Source: Felis catus (Eukaryota). Taken from it: DNA of 64,000 nt. The position numbers were made by a program, and so were the translations under genes. Below are positions 12,700-24,915 of this stretch, one piece after another. Every line of letters starts with the position of its first letter. The stretch's first letter is position 1. The notes under the pieces were generated by a model. That model saw only the letters and a list, made by a program, of their open reading frames with translations. It was not told the origin of the DNA and ran no database searches. Location of the stretch: NCBI RefSeq assembly GCF_018350175.1, contig NC_058368.1, positions 131,690,001 to 131,754,000 of the forward strand, given 5' to 3'.

Positions 12700-14330
12700 A
12701 CCTCACATGTGAGATACGCTGCCTTCCAAACCTATGGAGGCTGCTCAAGCCTCAAGTTTCTAGCTTCATGGTTGGAAACGCGAGGGACAAAAACTTGTTT
12801 TTGTTTTGGAGATGCCCCAGCACCTCTCAGATCCCTTGACTCCTAAAAGCTTCACTGATGTAGCAGACCCCTTAATCTCTGTAAGGTTTATCTCCCATTC
12901 TCGGGAGTTTGTGTGTCTTGCTTACCAAGGCATTCAGAAGACTCGCCATTTCACACTGGCTGTGTCCAGAGAACATCATGCCATCGACTTGGTGTGCAAA
13001 TGTGAGGTTCTCTAGAGAGAATATTCCGATCAACAGGATCGGACTGTTGTGAGCCTTAGTGAGGTCATCTAGGGATACACAAGTCCGGTTCCCAAAGATC
13101 ATCTGAGAACACAGACTGATGCTCAACCCTCGGTACCAAACCACGGAATGATGAAAACAAATATTATGCAGTGAGGACATAGGATGCTACAGGCATGTGA
13201 GATCCACTAGAGGTGGAGAGGACTGGTTCCAAAAGGTCATCTGAGAACATGGAGTTGGGTTATACTCACATACACAGCTGCTAAGTAATAATATTATACA
13301 ATGAGTACACAGAGCTCCATTTTCTGTGTTCTCATTGTTAGATAAAAGCCCATAACAATTTGGCATAATTTCTAATAGTGTGTATGCATTTGCTGGTTGA
13401 TAAAACTCAGCCAGGGCTTTTAGGGACTTCATCTCCACCTGCTCCCGGTAAAACCTCTGCTGGGAATACTTAAGGATAGTTCATTTGTTGCAGGGAAGAT
13501 AAAAGTAGCAACTCTTTTGGGGGACCCAGAGCATGTCGAGATTCTTGATTCTCTTCAAATTCTTATCTGGATCCTCTTCAGATTTCATATAACTTTTTCT
13601 GTCTATAAAGTGCAGTCAATAGAGATCTTTGGAACTCGGTTAAAGTCTCATGATTATTCTTGAAGCCATATAATCTGTTCTAGTAAAGATACCACATTCG
13701 GCACAACAGCTATTACTGGGGCTTCTTGGATAAGCTTGCAGCAGTGCTGTTTGAAAGGGCAGACCTACGCCGGCCGAGTCCATCTTGTTCTGTGTCCTCC
13801 ACCTTGAGTGACTATGTCCCCGACATGCCCCCTTTCCGGGAAAATCGCAGAAACCTCAGACCACAGCTCCTCTCCTTGAGTAACCTCCTGCTCACCCGTT
13901 CAAACTTCCCCAATCAAAACACGCCCGGCTACCTGTGTAACAGGACTCCGACCGTTCCCCAGCCAATCGGCCGAGGCCACGACCCTTCCCCAGCCAATCG
14001 GCTGAAGCCACAGCCATTACCTCACCACCTGGCCCTAGACCCCTAGAAAACCTTTGTGCTTTTGAAACTCGCTCTCTCCCCGGTATCTCACCGCTGTGTC
14101 AGTGCAGGTAGGGGATTGAGCTCGAGCTAGCTCGAATAAAGGCTCTTTTGCTTTTGCATCGGACTCGGCTCCCTGGTGGTCTTTGGGGATCATGAATTCT
14201 GGGCATAACAGTGTTCATCTGCCATGACCCATCCAGTGTTTGAAGAAGCCGAAGTGATGATTAAAATGGGGGGTGTGATAAGAACCACCACTGCTGAATC
14301 TTTTCCATCACCTTGGATTTGTGATAATGC
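12700..14330 (-). pseudogene. ERV-L reverse transcriptase remnant (frameshifted, split by insertions)
   Basis: Minus-strand peptides DGSWQM (~14230), VVPNVVSLLEQI (~13690), ENLTFAHQVDGMM (decayed YIDD region) and EWEINLTEIKGSATSVKLLGV (~12870) occur in ERV-L Pol order. Confidence 0.8.
13748..14210 (+). mobile_element. Younger solo LTR, probably ERV1/gammaretroviral class (463 bp)
   Basis: TGTT...AACA termini, 4 bp TSD GTGC/GTGT, tandem CCAAT repeats, TATA-like TAGAAAA 14044-14050, AATAAA 14135-14140, many retained CpGs. Confidence 0.85.
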
Positions 14331-14357
14331 TGTTTTGTTTTGTTTTGTTTTGTTTTG
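14330..14357. repeat. (GTTTT)n microsatellite
   Basis: Read directly. Confidence 0.9.
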
Positions 14358-15781
14358 ATTAATTGTCTTGGTGAGGATGGAAAAAGTTTTCAGGAACTTG
14401 CACTTAGTGTTTCCTATTTACAATAGCTTTTCCTCTGTATCAAGAAATTGGGTGTAATGGTATTGGCCAACTATTAAGTATGTCCATAATATTATATGTT
14501 GGGAAATTAGAGAAAAGGTTGCCGGATGGGTCCATGGGCACAGCCGACCCACGGTGAGGCAGAGAGGAATCATGACTCTGTTTATGACCTTACCTCCATT
14601 GGTTTTCCCCCTGACAGATGTCAGATCCCTGGGAAGCAACGTCAGCTCAGGACCTATGTCTGAAGGCCTTGAAAGATCTAAATGTTTCCTCTTCCCATTG
14701 TTTGGTTACCTGGGTGATGGCTACAGGACCCTTTGGGGAAGGCCTAGAGGAATCACTACTGAACGAACCTGGCAAGTTTCACAGGATCTGTCTTAATATC
14801 AATGCAGCTTCTCCTTTGGTAGACAGATTTGAGTTTAGCTGTCTCAGCTGTGGAAACTGAGCAAGAGATGGTCACTTTCCTTTGGGGAAGGGATGTCAGT
14901 CTTCTGCTCATCTATCCTTGATCTCCTCAAATTATACGTATATTAAATAATACCCTGCTCACTTGTCTTACCCCTAGGAATACCATGATCACCATTATCA
15001 GCCATCTCCAAAGATCCCTACAGGTCAGCCTCTCCTGTGCCATTCAGATCTTGCTGCCCATGACAGCAATTATTCCCACCTTGCTTCTCATGGTTATGTG
15101 GTCTCACCTAGCCTTTTCCAATCCAGGATTCTGTCATCCCCATTGCTACTAGAAGCCCTGTTCAATAACAGTATCTAACTATCAGCCAGACCTACAAAGG
15201 ATGGACACCACTGAGCTCCTTATTGATGCTGCTATTCCCCTAATTAGCACATTCCTTACTGCCTTGGAAAATAAAGTGTCCCTGGGTCTGCCCAAAGAAC
15301 AGAGTCAGCTGCTGAATTTTCCAGGCTCATAGGGGATCTATCTCAGCAAACTCCTTCCTCTATACTGTGCCGTGAGAGTTTTGCTATCTCAACTTTATTT
15401 AATGAGGCTCATCATTTTTTCAAGCTTCCAAGTGCTTTAACAGCAGCACATTTAAGCCACCTTCCAGAGCCCTTACCAAAGTGTTAAATCCTGTCTCATG
15501 AAAGAGGGTCTTTGTATTCATCCTTTGTATTCTGTCCCGCCTGATCCAGCACCCTCTAGACCCACTCCTGGGCATGCTTTACTGGTTTCTCCTGGTACCT
15601 GTGAGTCAGCACCTTTGATGTGTAATCCATCACCTCCCTTCCTAAACCCAGCACTTGCCTACTGTACATCTCATCCTCATTATTGATTTTTCAGCCAGAA
15701 AAGGAAATGAAGGCAGATCTTGAGGAAAACTAGCATTGTCTCCTAAAGCCCGTGTCTCATTTGAAGGGTCTGCATTGTCTT

Positions 15782-15891
15782 AAAAGAAGAAGAAGAAGAA
15801 GAAGAAGAAGAAGAAGAAGAAGAAGAAGAAGAAGAAGAAGGAAGAGGAAGAGGAGGAAGAGGAGGAGGGGGAGGAAGGGGAAGAAGAAGAA
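15782..15891. repeat. (AAG)19 followed by an (AGG/AAG) polypurine tract
   Basis: 19 perfect AAG units at 15784-15840; purine-only to 15891. Confidence 0.97.
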
Positions 15892-17084
15892 CAAAGACTC
15901 TATCTTCCACAAGGTAGAGTGGGCCATGTCTTCAGGCCCAGAGGCTTCGGGACAATCTGGGGATTTAAGATGCTCACCTGAAGATATTCGGGAGTTCCCT
16001 TTCCAGATCTCCATCTCTATCAGGACCTTAACTCTGATATTGAGGATTCAGCCTTCTCTGAAATTCTGCCACTCTTACAATTAAGTCTAGGGTCTGGTTT
16101 TCAGGGATGTCTGTCCTCCAGCTACAGGAGATGACAGCCTCTTTAAATTCTTCCCAAAAGTCCCACTCACTCTCATACTTTGCTTAAAATTGCAAAGTAT
16201 TTTGCAAAAATAGCCTGTCATTTTCTCTCATCAATAACCACTTAATTCCACAGCCCCCTAACTGCTAGTTCTCCCATGCAGAGATGTCAGATGTGAGCCA
16301 GTACATCCCCTCCTAGCTACATCCCCTCCAAAATCACTAGAGGTGAATGTTGTAGCAATGGCACTGCTCAGTGCCAGGGCTCAGTGATCCACTTCTCGTC
16401 AGGGCTGGAGACCTCACTGCCCTCTGTCTGTTGAGTACTACTACCCTTAGAGTCAACTACCTAAGACCACTTTGGTACCCAAGTGTCTTAGGATATGTTT
16501 CACAGAAGCAGATTCTAAGATAAGGATTTGTGTGCGTTTGTTTTTGTTTTCGTTTGTTTGTTTTGAAGGAATGCTCTTTGACAAAAATCTGTGAGGAAAG
16601 AAGGAAGCAGGATAGGAAAGAGGAAAGAGGAAAAAGCTGAGCAAAGTTGCCTCAGGTAAAATCTAAGCCGTCAGGGGCAGGGGAGAAAGGGTCTGCAGCA
16701 TGAACTGTATTGCCTAATATGTCAAACACACGGTATCTTTTCACTCAACAAAACAATCATATCTCTACCCTGGGCTTTCCTCAGAATATTTCACTCACTA
16801 ACCGGCAACTACCATCCTTCCACCAACGGTGAGGTTTACGCTGTCTAAAAGAATTCACTACGTTTTCTTCGAAGTTCTTTAAGCTGTCTCCTCACCAGTA
16901 CACAACGGGAGAAAATAATTCGAAAGTGATCAATTAATATCGATGTCAAAAAATACCATTACGGAGTTAGAATTTTACAGGGCTTGGGTCTCAGCTGTTA
17001 CTTTTGACTCTGCCAAAGAAACTTCTGTATGAAGAAACTCTTCCACAAAACTTCACAAGGTTAAAGTCTCCATTATATTACTCA

Positions 17085-17240
17085 ATTGAGGAAACTATAG
17101 CATGCAAGAGAGAGGGCCCTGCGTTTTATATGGGTTTTCATTCCAGTTCTTGCATGACTACAGAAGCATACTTACTCCTCATTCTATGTGATCCTGGGTT
17201 ACTCAGTTACCCTATCTGTACAGGGGAATACTATGCCTAA
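17085..17240 (+). mobile_element. MIR remnant
   Basis: 'gtgatcctgggttactcagttaccctatctgtacaggggaatactatgcct' resembles the MIR core. Confidence 0.5.
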
Positions 17241-18237
17241 GGAAAAGCCATGACAACCACCTATTGCTCTAGGTATCTAAGAGGAAAGAGACAAAAAACA
17301 AACTTCACCACATCGTGCAGGAAAACTTTGCCATGTTGAATTTGTTCCAATCCAATTCCATTTTTGAAAATCCCCTTGAGTCTCCTAAACTTTACCTTCT
17401 AAAACAGTACATTTTCTATCTCTGAAGGTTTCATTTGGTCCCTTATTCATATCAGAACTCATCATCCATACGTAGAAACCCCAAGTGAGGGTAGAGTGGG
17501 GCCAGTATTCATGTGGCCCCGAATGTTCAGAACCCCAGCTGTGGCACCCGATCCAGGCCTGCTCCTTCCATGTCCTTCAGCAGCCCACTGTACTTAAAGC
17601 TTTTCTGCTTTCCCTCCCTCAAATAAGTGGTCACTTCTGTGTTTTATTACCTCACATTTTTGAAATGGATTTCTATATACCCATGAGTTTCTAGAACACT
17701 GGTACAATTACATACTTCAAATTCTGATCAAATAGAAATTTTACTTTTGCTACATATTGCTATGGTGAGTCTGGCACTGAGCTGAGAAGGTTATATGACT
17801 TATTACAGAGCAGGGAACCACCTTCAAATCCAAGTTAAAAGGCTTAGAAAATATCAAAGGTGAGCCAAAGAAAGAATGTATGCCTACAATATACAGTAGC
17901 TTTGCTTCATAGATATATGACAGTGTAGTTATGGAAGTGAACAGTTCTACGAAAAAGTGGCATAATGATAATAAAGGGCAACCAGGTGAATTGTTCAAAA
18001 CCTACCCTGCCAAAAGATTCTAATGCTACAACCTGTGGTGTGCTCCGTATACATTTACCCTAAAATGAAGCCACTGGTCAACAATTACCACCCACAGTCA
18101 ACTTTAACTACTCATTCTAACCACAAACAGAGAAACAAGGTTCACTGGACATTGAGAATAGTCTATAACTTGAAAGGGAAGGACTGTCGTCAAACAAACA
18201 AATCAAAAACACTGACAATGGAGAAAACACAGATAGT

Positions 18238-18740
18238 TCTTTTTTTAAATATAATTGTTAAGTTAGCTAACATACAGTATATACAGTGCACTCTTGGCTT
18301 TGGGAGTAGATTCCCATGATTCATTGCTTACATACAACACCCAGTACTCATCCCAACAAGAGCCCTCCTCAATGCCCATCACCCATTTTCCCCTCTCCCC
18401 CGGACCCCCTACAAACCCTCAGTTTGTTCTCGGTATTTAAGAGTCTCTTATGGTTTGCCTCCCTCTCTGTTTGACACTATTTTTTCCCCTTCCCTTTCCC
18501 CATGGTCTTCTGGTAAGTTTCTCAAGTTCCACATATGAGTAGAAACATATGATATCTGTCTTTCTCTGACTGACTTATTTCACTTAGCATAATACCCTCC
18601 AGTTCCATCCGCATTGTTGCAAATGGCAAGACTGCATTCTTTCCCATTGCCAAGTAGCATTCCATTTTATATATAAACCACATCTTCTTTATCCATTCAT
18701 CAGTCGATGGACATTTGGGCTCTTTCCATAATTTGGCTAG
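18238..18740 (-). mobile_element. Carnivore LINE-1 3' end (5'-truncated)
   Basis: ORF2 C-terminus AKLWKEPKCPSTDEWIKKMW...MELEGIMLSEISQSEKDRYHM, 3' UTR, poly(T). Confidence 0.95.
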
Positions 18741-18744
18741 TATA

Positions 18745-19822
18745 CTCCAATAAATTCTAAAAGATATTCCAGCTCTATCAAACAAACATAGAATATTTGG
18801 AAAAAGGAACAATAACAAAAGAGCTAATAATCCCAATCAGCTGCTGAAATAAAAATTCAAAAGTGTTATTGAACACAACACTAGCAAATCAAATACAATC
18901 TATAAAAGAGATAATACAGCTAGACCAAGTGGAGATTGTCCTAGGAATATATGACTGGTTCAGTCAATCAATGTTATTTCCCATATCAAGAAACCAAAGA
19001 AGGAAAACCATGTGAAGATCTCAATAATTGAAGGGCAGGGGGCAGAAGCATGTGGTAAAATTCAACATTTACTCATGTTATTTTTTTAACTCTCAGAAAA
19101 CTGGGAATTAAACAAGACTTCCACAGAAGGGACATCTACAAAAACCCACAGCTAACATTATACTAAGTGGTGAAAGACTACACGCTCTCCCCCTAAGAAG
19201 AGAAACAGGTAAGGACGTATACTCTCACCATTCCTGTTCAAAGTGTACTGAAGTAACAATACAAAACAGAAAATAACAAATGTCAGCTAGAATGTGACGA
19301 AACTGGAACCCTAATACATGGTGGGAATGTAAAATGGTGCAAGCTGCTTTAGAAAATAGTATGGCAGTTGTTTGAAAGATTAAACATAGAGTTATCATAT
19401 GACCCAACAATTTCACTCCCAGTTATATGCCCAAAAGAAATGAAAACACACCCCCCCCACACACACAAATCTGTATATAAACATTCATTGCAGCATTATT
19501 CCTAATAGCCAAAAAGTAGGACAAAACAGTGTCAATCATCTGCTCAAGAGATAAATACAATTTAGCATATCCACAATGAAATACTATGTGACAATCAGAA
19601 GGAATGAAGTACTGACACGTTACAACATAGATAAACCTTGAAAACATGCTAAGTGAAAGAACCCAGTCACAACAGACTATATACTGTATGGCTCCATTTA
19701 TGTGAAAAGTCCCGAACAGGCTAATCTAGAGAGATGAAGAATAGCTCTCTGGTTGCCTCGGGTGAGGGGATTGGAAGGGAAATGGGGAGCGACTGCTAAT
19801 GGGTATGAGGTTTCTTTTGAGA
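18745..19822 (+). mobile_element. Older L1M ORF2 fragment plus L1MB/MC-like 3' UTR
   Basis: 'aaaacccacagctaacattatactaagtggtgaaagact', 'gacccaacaatttcactcc', 'gactgctaatgggtatgaggtttctttt'. Confidence 0.85.
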
Positions 19823-20297
19823 GGTGTAGATATCTTTTCCCCAAGACAGGCATGGCTGGGCTCTGCTAACACATGGCTTCTATGACTCTTGTTTTCCTAA
19901 GCATGAAAGGATGATTAACCTCACTTGTGACTGATGCCTCCTCCCTCATAAATGGTAATACCTTCAATTGAGTCATAATTGAGTTTGGCAGACCTGGGAA
20001 CAATTTTGCCTCTTTAAGGTGACAATAGATGTCTGTGCTATAATTTATTGATGAGCTAATACCATAGTTTAATTCTCAGGGGGAAATTTTACTTCTAAGT
20101 CCTTAAGAGACTTTTCCTTTTCACTTCCTTGTATCATTGACAAAGTGGCAATAGGCTAACATGCAGTCGTTCACTAAATTAGTTTTTAAAATAGAATATT
20201 GAAAATAAATTGTTGTAAGCCACCAAAATGACCCCTAACGGAGGCAGCATGTGGTAGCAGAGAGTGCGGGACTATAAGTCAAAAGTTCTGGGTTTCA

Positions 20298-20447
20298 GGG
20301 GCACCTGGGCGGCTCAGTTGGTTAAGCATCCAGCTTTGGCTCAGGTCATGATCTCACAGTTCATGGGTTCAAGCCCCGAGACGGGCTCTGTGCTGACAGC
20401 TCAGAGCCTGGAGCCTGCTTCTGATTCTGTCTCCCTCTCTCTCTCTG

Positions 20448-20533
<86 letters not shown>

Positions 20534-20561
20534 AATAAACATTAAAAAGAATTAAAAAAAA
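20298..20561 (+). mobile_element. Can-SINE with expanded (CT)n(AT)n, inserted in a MIR remnant
   Basis: Head, long CT and AT tracts, tail; TSD aaaagttctgggtttca/agagttgggggtttca. Confidence 0.95.
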
Positions 20562-20979
20562 GAGTTGGGGGTTTCAAGCTCAGTTCCACCTGCTGCACAG
20601 CTCTGACAAGTCACTGACCTCTGTCCATTACCCATCAGCCCTGTAGAGACAATAATCTGTCCTGCTGATCTCCAGTACTATTACAAAACGTCTGTAACTT
20701 GTAAATTTCTATGCAACTTTAGCAGACCACTTATAGGAGAACTTGATCAAGCAGCTTGGGAAAGTGCAACCATTCTACAGGACATTTTGATAACTTCACC
20801 GCATACTCTGTCCACAGCTTCCCTAACTGAGCACTGCCTGCTTCCACCATGCAAGAGGCAGACAAGCCCTGAGAAGAATAATGCGCTGTCAACCATAAGC
20901 AAGCATTTAAATAGTTGGACGCAACCTGCCTACTGGGGGGGGGGGGTAGGGGCTATTTTGTAACTCGAAGCATGAGCGT

Positions 20980-21425
20980 TGGATATTCTCTTTTTATCCC
21001 TCCAAATCGATCTCCATTTTTCACTCCCCACTCTGTGCCCCAGGAGGATGACCCATGGAATTCCATCAATGGGCTCCCTTGGCCTTTGGCTTCCAAATGT
21101 GTGTTGTCAAAGGGGAGCCCTGGCCGGAGTGGGGAAGAAGGGAAAAAGAATAAAATCAGAATATGGATCACCCTGACTCTGTCCCTTCATAATCCCAATG
21201 GCCTGGCTGAGTGCCTTGACTGAATGTCTCAACTCCTGACAGAGGGCCTTTCCCATACAGCTCTCTCTCCAGGTTCTGCTCCACAGGGGTTGTAATAGTA
21301 TCCCAACTGTTACTAGCCCTGGGGTCCCACACTATCTCTTGTGGTTTTCCTATACCCTGTTCACACTTGACAAATCCTTTTATTAAACTCTCCTCCAACC
21401 AGCCATCTGTTTCCCACAACTATAC
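20980..21425 (+). mobile_element. LTR33-like ERVL LTR
   Basis: 'ctctgtgccccaggaggatgacc', 'gttactagccctgggg', 'tttattaaactctcctc...gccatctgtttcc'. Confidence 0.7.
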
Positions 21426-22463
21426 AGTCTCCTTGTGCCTTATATCCCACAGTTGATACAGGCACACTGAGCCTCTCATACTAAAGGCAGCGTAAAACAT
21501 TCACTCCTCCCAACAAATATTCACTGAGAGACAACTTTGCCAGGCTTAGGTGAACAACATGAATCAATCCTCTCCCTTTATCCTCAGATGGTTGATTAGG
21601 GAAGGCTTCCTTGAAGAGATGACACTGAGGCAGGACAACATAAAAAAACAGATGTGCAAAGAGTCTTTAGGAAGAAATTTCCAGGCAGAGAGACAAATAG
21701 GAGAAATGATTCTCAGGCAGAAACAAGAATGACCTTTTGAGGGATAGATACAAATCCATGTGGAGATAAGCCCATGGATATAAATCCATCCATAAAGACT
21801 CTTTCTTTGGCTGCTGTGCAAGAGCAGACTGCACATACAGCAAGAGTGGCAGAGACACAAGTTACAAGAGTATTAAAATCGCTGAGCTAAGGGATAGTGG
21901 TGGCATGCATCAGGTTGGTGACACTGAGAGCTGGGGAGAAGTGGTACTACTCAGAAAACATCTAAATTCGCTTATGAATTGGATATGGAGTATGGGAAAA
22001 AGGAATAGAGGATGCTGTGGAAAATGTTCTCGGTAACTCAGTTGTCATTTACTGAGGTGTAGAAGATGGGCTTTTTGTACGTTTTTGCAGGTGGGGATGG
22101 CTGTGGAGAAATAAGAATCTGTGAGTCTAGTCGATGCCCAAATTGAAACGTTGAGGAAGCAATTGAGTATGAACCTGGCTGTTAGGAAAGTCATGAGAGT
22201 TCAAGAGCCATACGTGTGAGCCACCCTTGCATTGACTGGATAAGAATACCCTGAAGAACAGTGTGGCTGGAGAAGGTTAGGGACAGAGCCAAGAGCACTG
22301 GCTGAGGTTTAAGTCTTGGGAAAATGAGGCAGAGCTAGCAAAGAAGCCACCAGTAAAAAAAAAAAAAAAAAAAAAAAGACTACAGTGATGGGTATTCAAG
22401 GACTCATGTAAGACTGAGAGCTAAATCACCTAGGAAAAAGGGTGTTCAAGAAAAATCAATTGA

Positions 22464-22558
22464 GGGAGCACCTGAGTGGCTCAGTCAGTTAGGCATCCAG
22501 CTCTTGATTATGGCTCAGGTCATGATCTCGTAGTGGAGTCAGGCTCTGCGAGCTTGGG

Positions 22559-22596
<38 letters not shown>

Positions 22597-22643
22597 CTTC
22601 CCCCACTCATATTCGCTAAATAAATAAGCTTTAAAAAAGAAAA
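22464..22643 (+). mobile_element. Can-SINE with internal deletions
   Basis: A box, (CT)n and tail present, B-box region missing; TSD aagaaaaatcaatt/aagaaaaatcagtt. Confidence 0.9.
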
Positions 22644-22717
22644 AGAAAAATCAGTTATGCTAAATGTTGCTGAAAAGTGGAACAAGACAAACCTGAAGAG
22701 TCAATCATTGAGCTTGC

Positions 22718-22764
22718 TGACATGGAAGATGTTGACATGGAAGATGTTGACATGGAAGATGTTG
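22718..22764. repeat. Tandem repeat (TGACATGGAAGATGT)x3
   Basis: Three exact 15 bp units read directly. Confidence 0.95.
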
Positions 22765-24714
22765 TTCAACATAAGTTATAGAAACAAAAGTACGTTAATG
22801 AGAAAATTGAAGGTTATAGAATGGAGACTGCCAGTGTCAACAAACTATTTGAAGGAATTTTGCTGAAGGGCAGAAGCCAGAGGAAAAGGTGGAGTCAAAG
22901 AGGGGCTGTTAATAAGAAGATAATAGAGCATGTTTGTATGCTGATGGGAATCATCTAACACAGAATGAAAAATTGATCATGTAGGAAAGAGGGGAGATGG
23001 AGGAAGGAAAAAGGCCTTTAGGAGATGAAAGATCCACTCTGTAAGCACAGGACCACTCACAGGACCTCAGACATTCTAAATTCTTGGTTCTAAATTCCAG
23101 TGCATGTTAGAATCCCTCGAGAATTAAGGAAAAAAGATGTCCCACAGCAGATCAAATAATCCAGAATCTCAGCATTGGGGTTTAAAAATTCTACATATAA
23201 GCCCTGTTGGTAACCACTGAAGCACCGAAACAGCAAAGACAGATTGAGTACAAACGCAGCTAATTTAATCAACCTTGGTGGTCGAAAGATGAGGCAATTC
23301 TTTGATTGCTTCTATTTTCTTAATGATATATACAACAAGGTCTGAGCTGAGAGAGTGTCGTTGGATTGGAGAGAGGGTTAAGATGTGAAATAATTTTAGG
23401 AACTAGGAAAGCAAATCTACTCAAAAAAATATAATAGGATTGCAAGGATTTGCAGAGAGTCCGCTTGAGATTTGTGGTGATAAATATAATGTGACACTAG
23501 GTTAGCACAGCTGTATTTCTCCTCTAGCAACATCCATCTGGGTACAGGCAGGGAGTAGGTGGAGATATTTTTTTGTGACATCAGAAGCAGTTGGCTGCCA
23601 TCACTTGACTCCTGATTCAAGTTACAAAGTAGAAGCGAGTTGTCTTTGGAAATTTGCTATATCCATCCTACTTCCTAAAATTAATACACGCCAGGCTGAC
23701 CTAACCCCTACCATCAGCCCACTGGAACATTATAAAAGAAGAGCTAGTAAAACCAAATGGAATTCTGATTGGTGGAAAGTTAAGGGTGAGGAAAGGAGAT
23801 TTGAACAGTACCTTATTGAGGCACAATTTACATGAAGTAAAAATGTGTAAGCCTTATGTATACTGCCTGATAATTTTGCATATTTTATATACCCATATGT
23901 GATCACTACTAGATCAAGACATAATAATATTCCCATCACCCCACAAAATTCCCTCTTGCCAACACCCATATATATTCCCAGAATGAGAGGCTCCAAGGCT
24001 AACTCTCTGATTTCCACCCTCAACCCAGAGAAGCCAAGGTCAGAAAGGGATAGGGCCTGACACAAGAATTTCATTCATTCATTCATTCATTTGTTCATTC
24101 CTTCTTTTGTTCACATACAGATAAACAGATGATACATACACATGTAGCACCCGGACGTCTGTTGTCACTCCTTTATGCCAGAGATTGCCTATCTCCTCTT
24201 CCTGGGCACCGTCCAGAGCTGAAATCTACTACTCTTCCTGTTGCTGAATCCCAAATTAATCTCGGGGCAGCAGACAGGAAACCATCTGCAAGGACTGACT
24301 TCTAATGTCCCTTCCAGCTTGAACAGCTGATCATTCAAGAGCACCAGCCTCGTCCATAGTCAGAGCTGTGTGACAGGTATTCATCATTGTGGACTCAATT
24401 CCTTATGATTGATCTAAAAAGCCTTCAAGCTCTACACCGGTGACGATACTCCCTGTTGCTCATACATTTAAAACACAAGTATATGTCTTTTGTAAAACAG
24501 TTTACATCAACTACACAAATGTAGTTCAAAATATGTCCCAAAGATGGCAGTACAATTATACTTTGTGTTCCGCTGTGCCTTCAACTATTTTTAATTCTGC
24601 TAAATTATGAAACATGTTGAGGGGAAAACATCATGAGAGACTGGAAAAACATGAAATTTTTGTTTTCTGTTATTCCATTACTGCTACAGGAACATGTGTG
24701 AAAATAAATAACAT

Positions 24715-24915
24715 CACACTCTGCAAAGTACTTTGAAATACGCAAAACACAATCACATACATGATTTCACTTAACCCTCACAACAAACCTGTATGATTAT
24801 TATTTTAATTTCACATCATGAGGTTCAAAGATTAATTATGCCTAATTCAAGGTCACTCAGCTACCAGAGCAGCAGAACCAGTTTTCTAAAGACCAGGACT
24901 CTCACCTGCACACCC
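24715..24915 (-). mobile_element. MIR SINE
   Basis: 'atttcacttaaccctcacaacaaacctgt...aaggtcactcagcta'. Confidence 0.7.

Larger units (their letters stand above)
10690..16720 (-). mobile_element. Degenerate ERV-L class provirus (LTR16-like LTR remnants plus internal region)
   Basis: 5' LTR end at 16484 followed on the minus strand by CTTGGGTACCAAAGTGG (ERVL internal start); RT and dUTPase remnants; 3' LTR begins TGTAG at 10790. Confidence 0.8.
21495..23410 (-). mobile_element. L2 LINE, fragmented
   Basis: 'agggaaggcttccttgaagagatgacactgag', 'gtcatttactgag', 'agcatgtttgtatgctgatgggaatcatc' are reverse L2 motifs. Confidence 0.75.

Noticed and set aside
15752..16084. 110 aa Arg-rich ORF (protamine-like) and its antisense poly-Leu ORF
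   Set aside because: Translation of the (AAG)n/(AGG)n microsatellite; non-ATG start; lies inside an ERV remnant
22718..22764. Short direct repeats as a possible CRISPR-like array
   Set aside because: Units are contiguous with no spacers, there are no cas genes, and the context is mammalian
24538..24553. CTCF/YY1-like motif CCCAAAGATGGCAGTA (and AAGATGGCG near 32510)
   Set aside because: Several mismatches to the consensus; expected by chance in 64 kb
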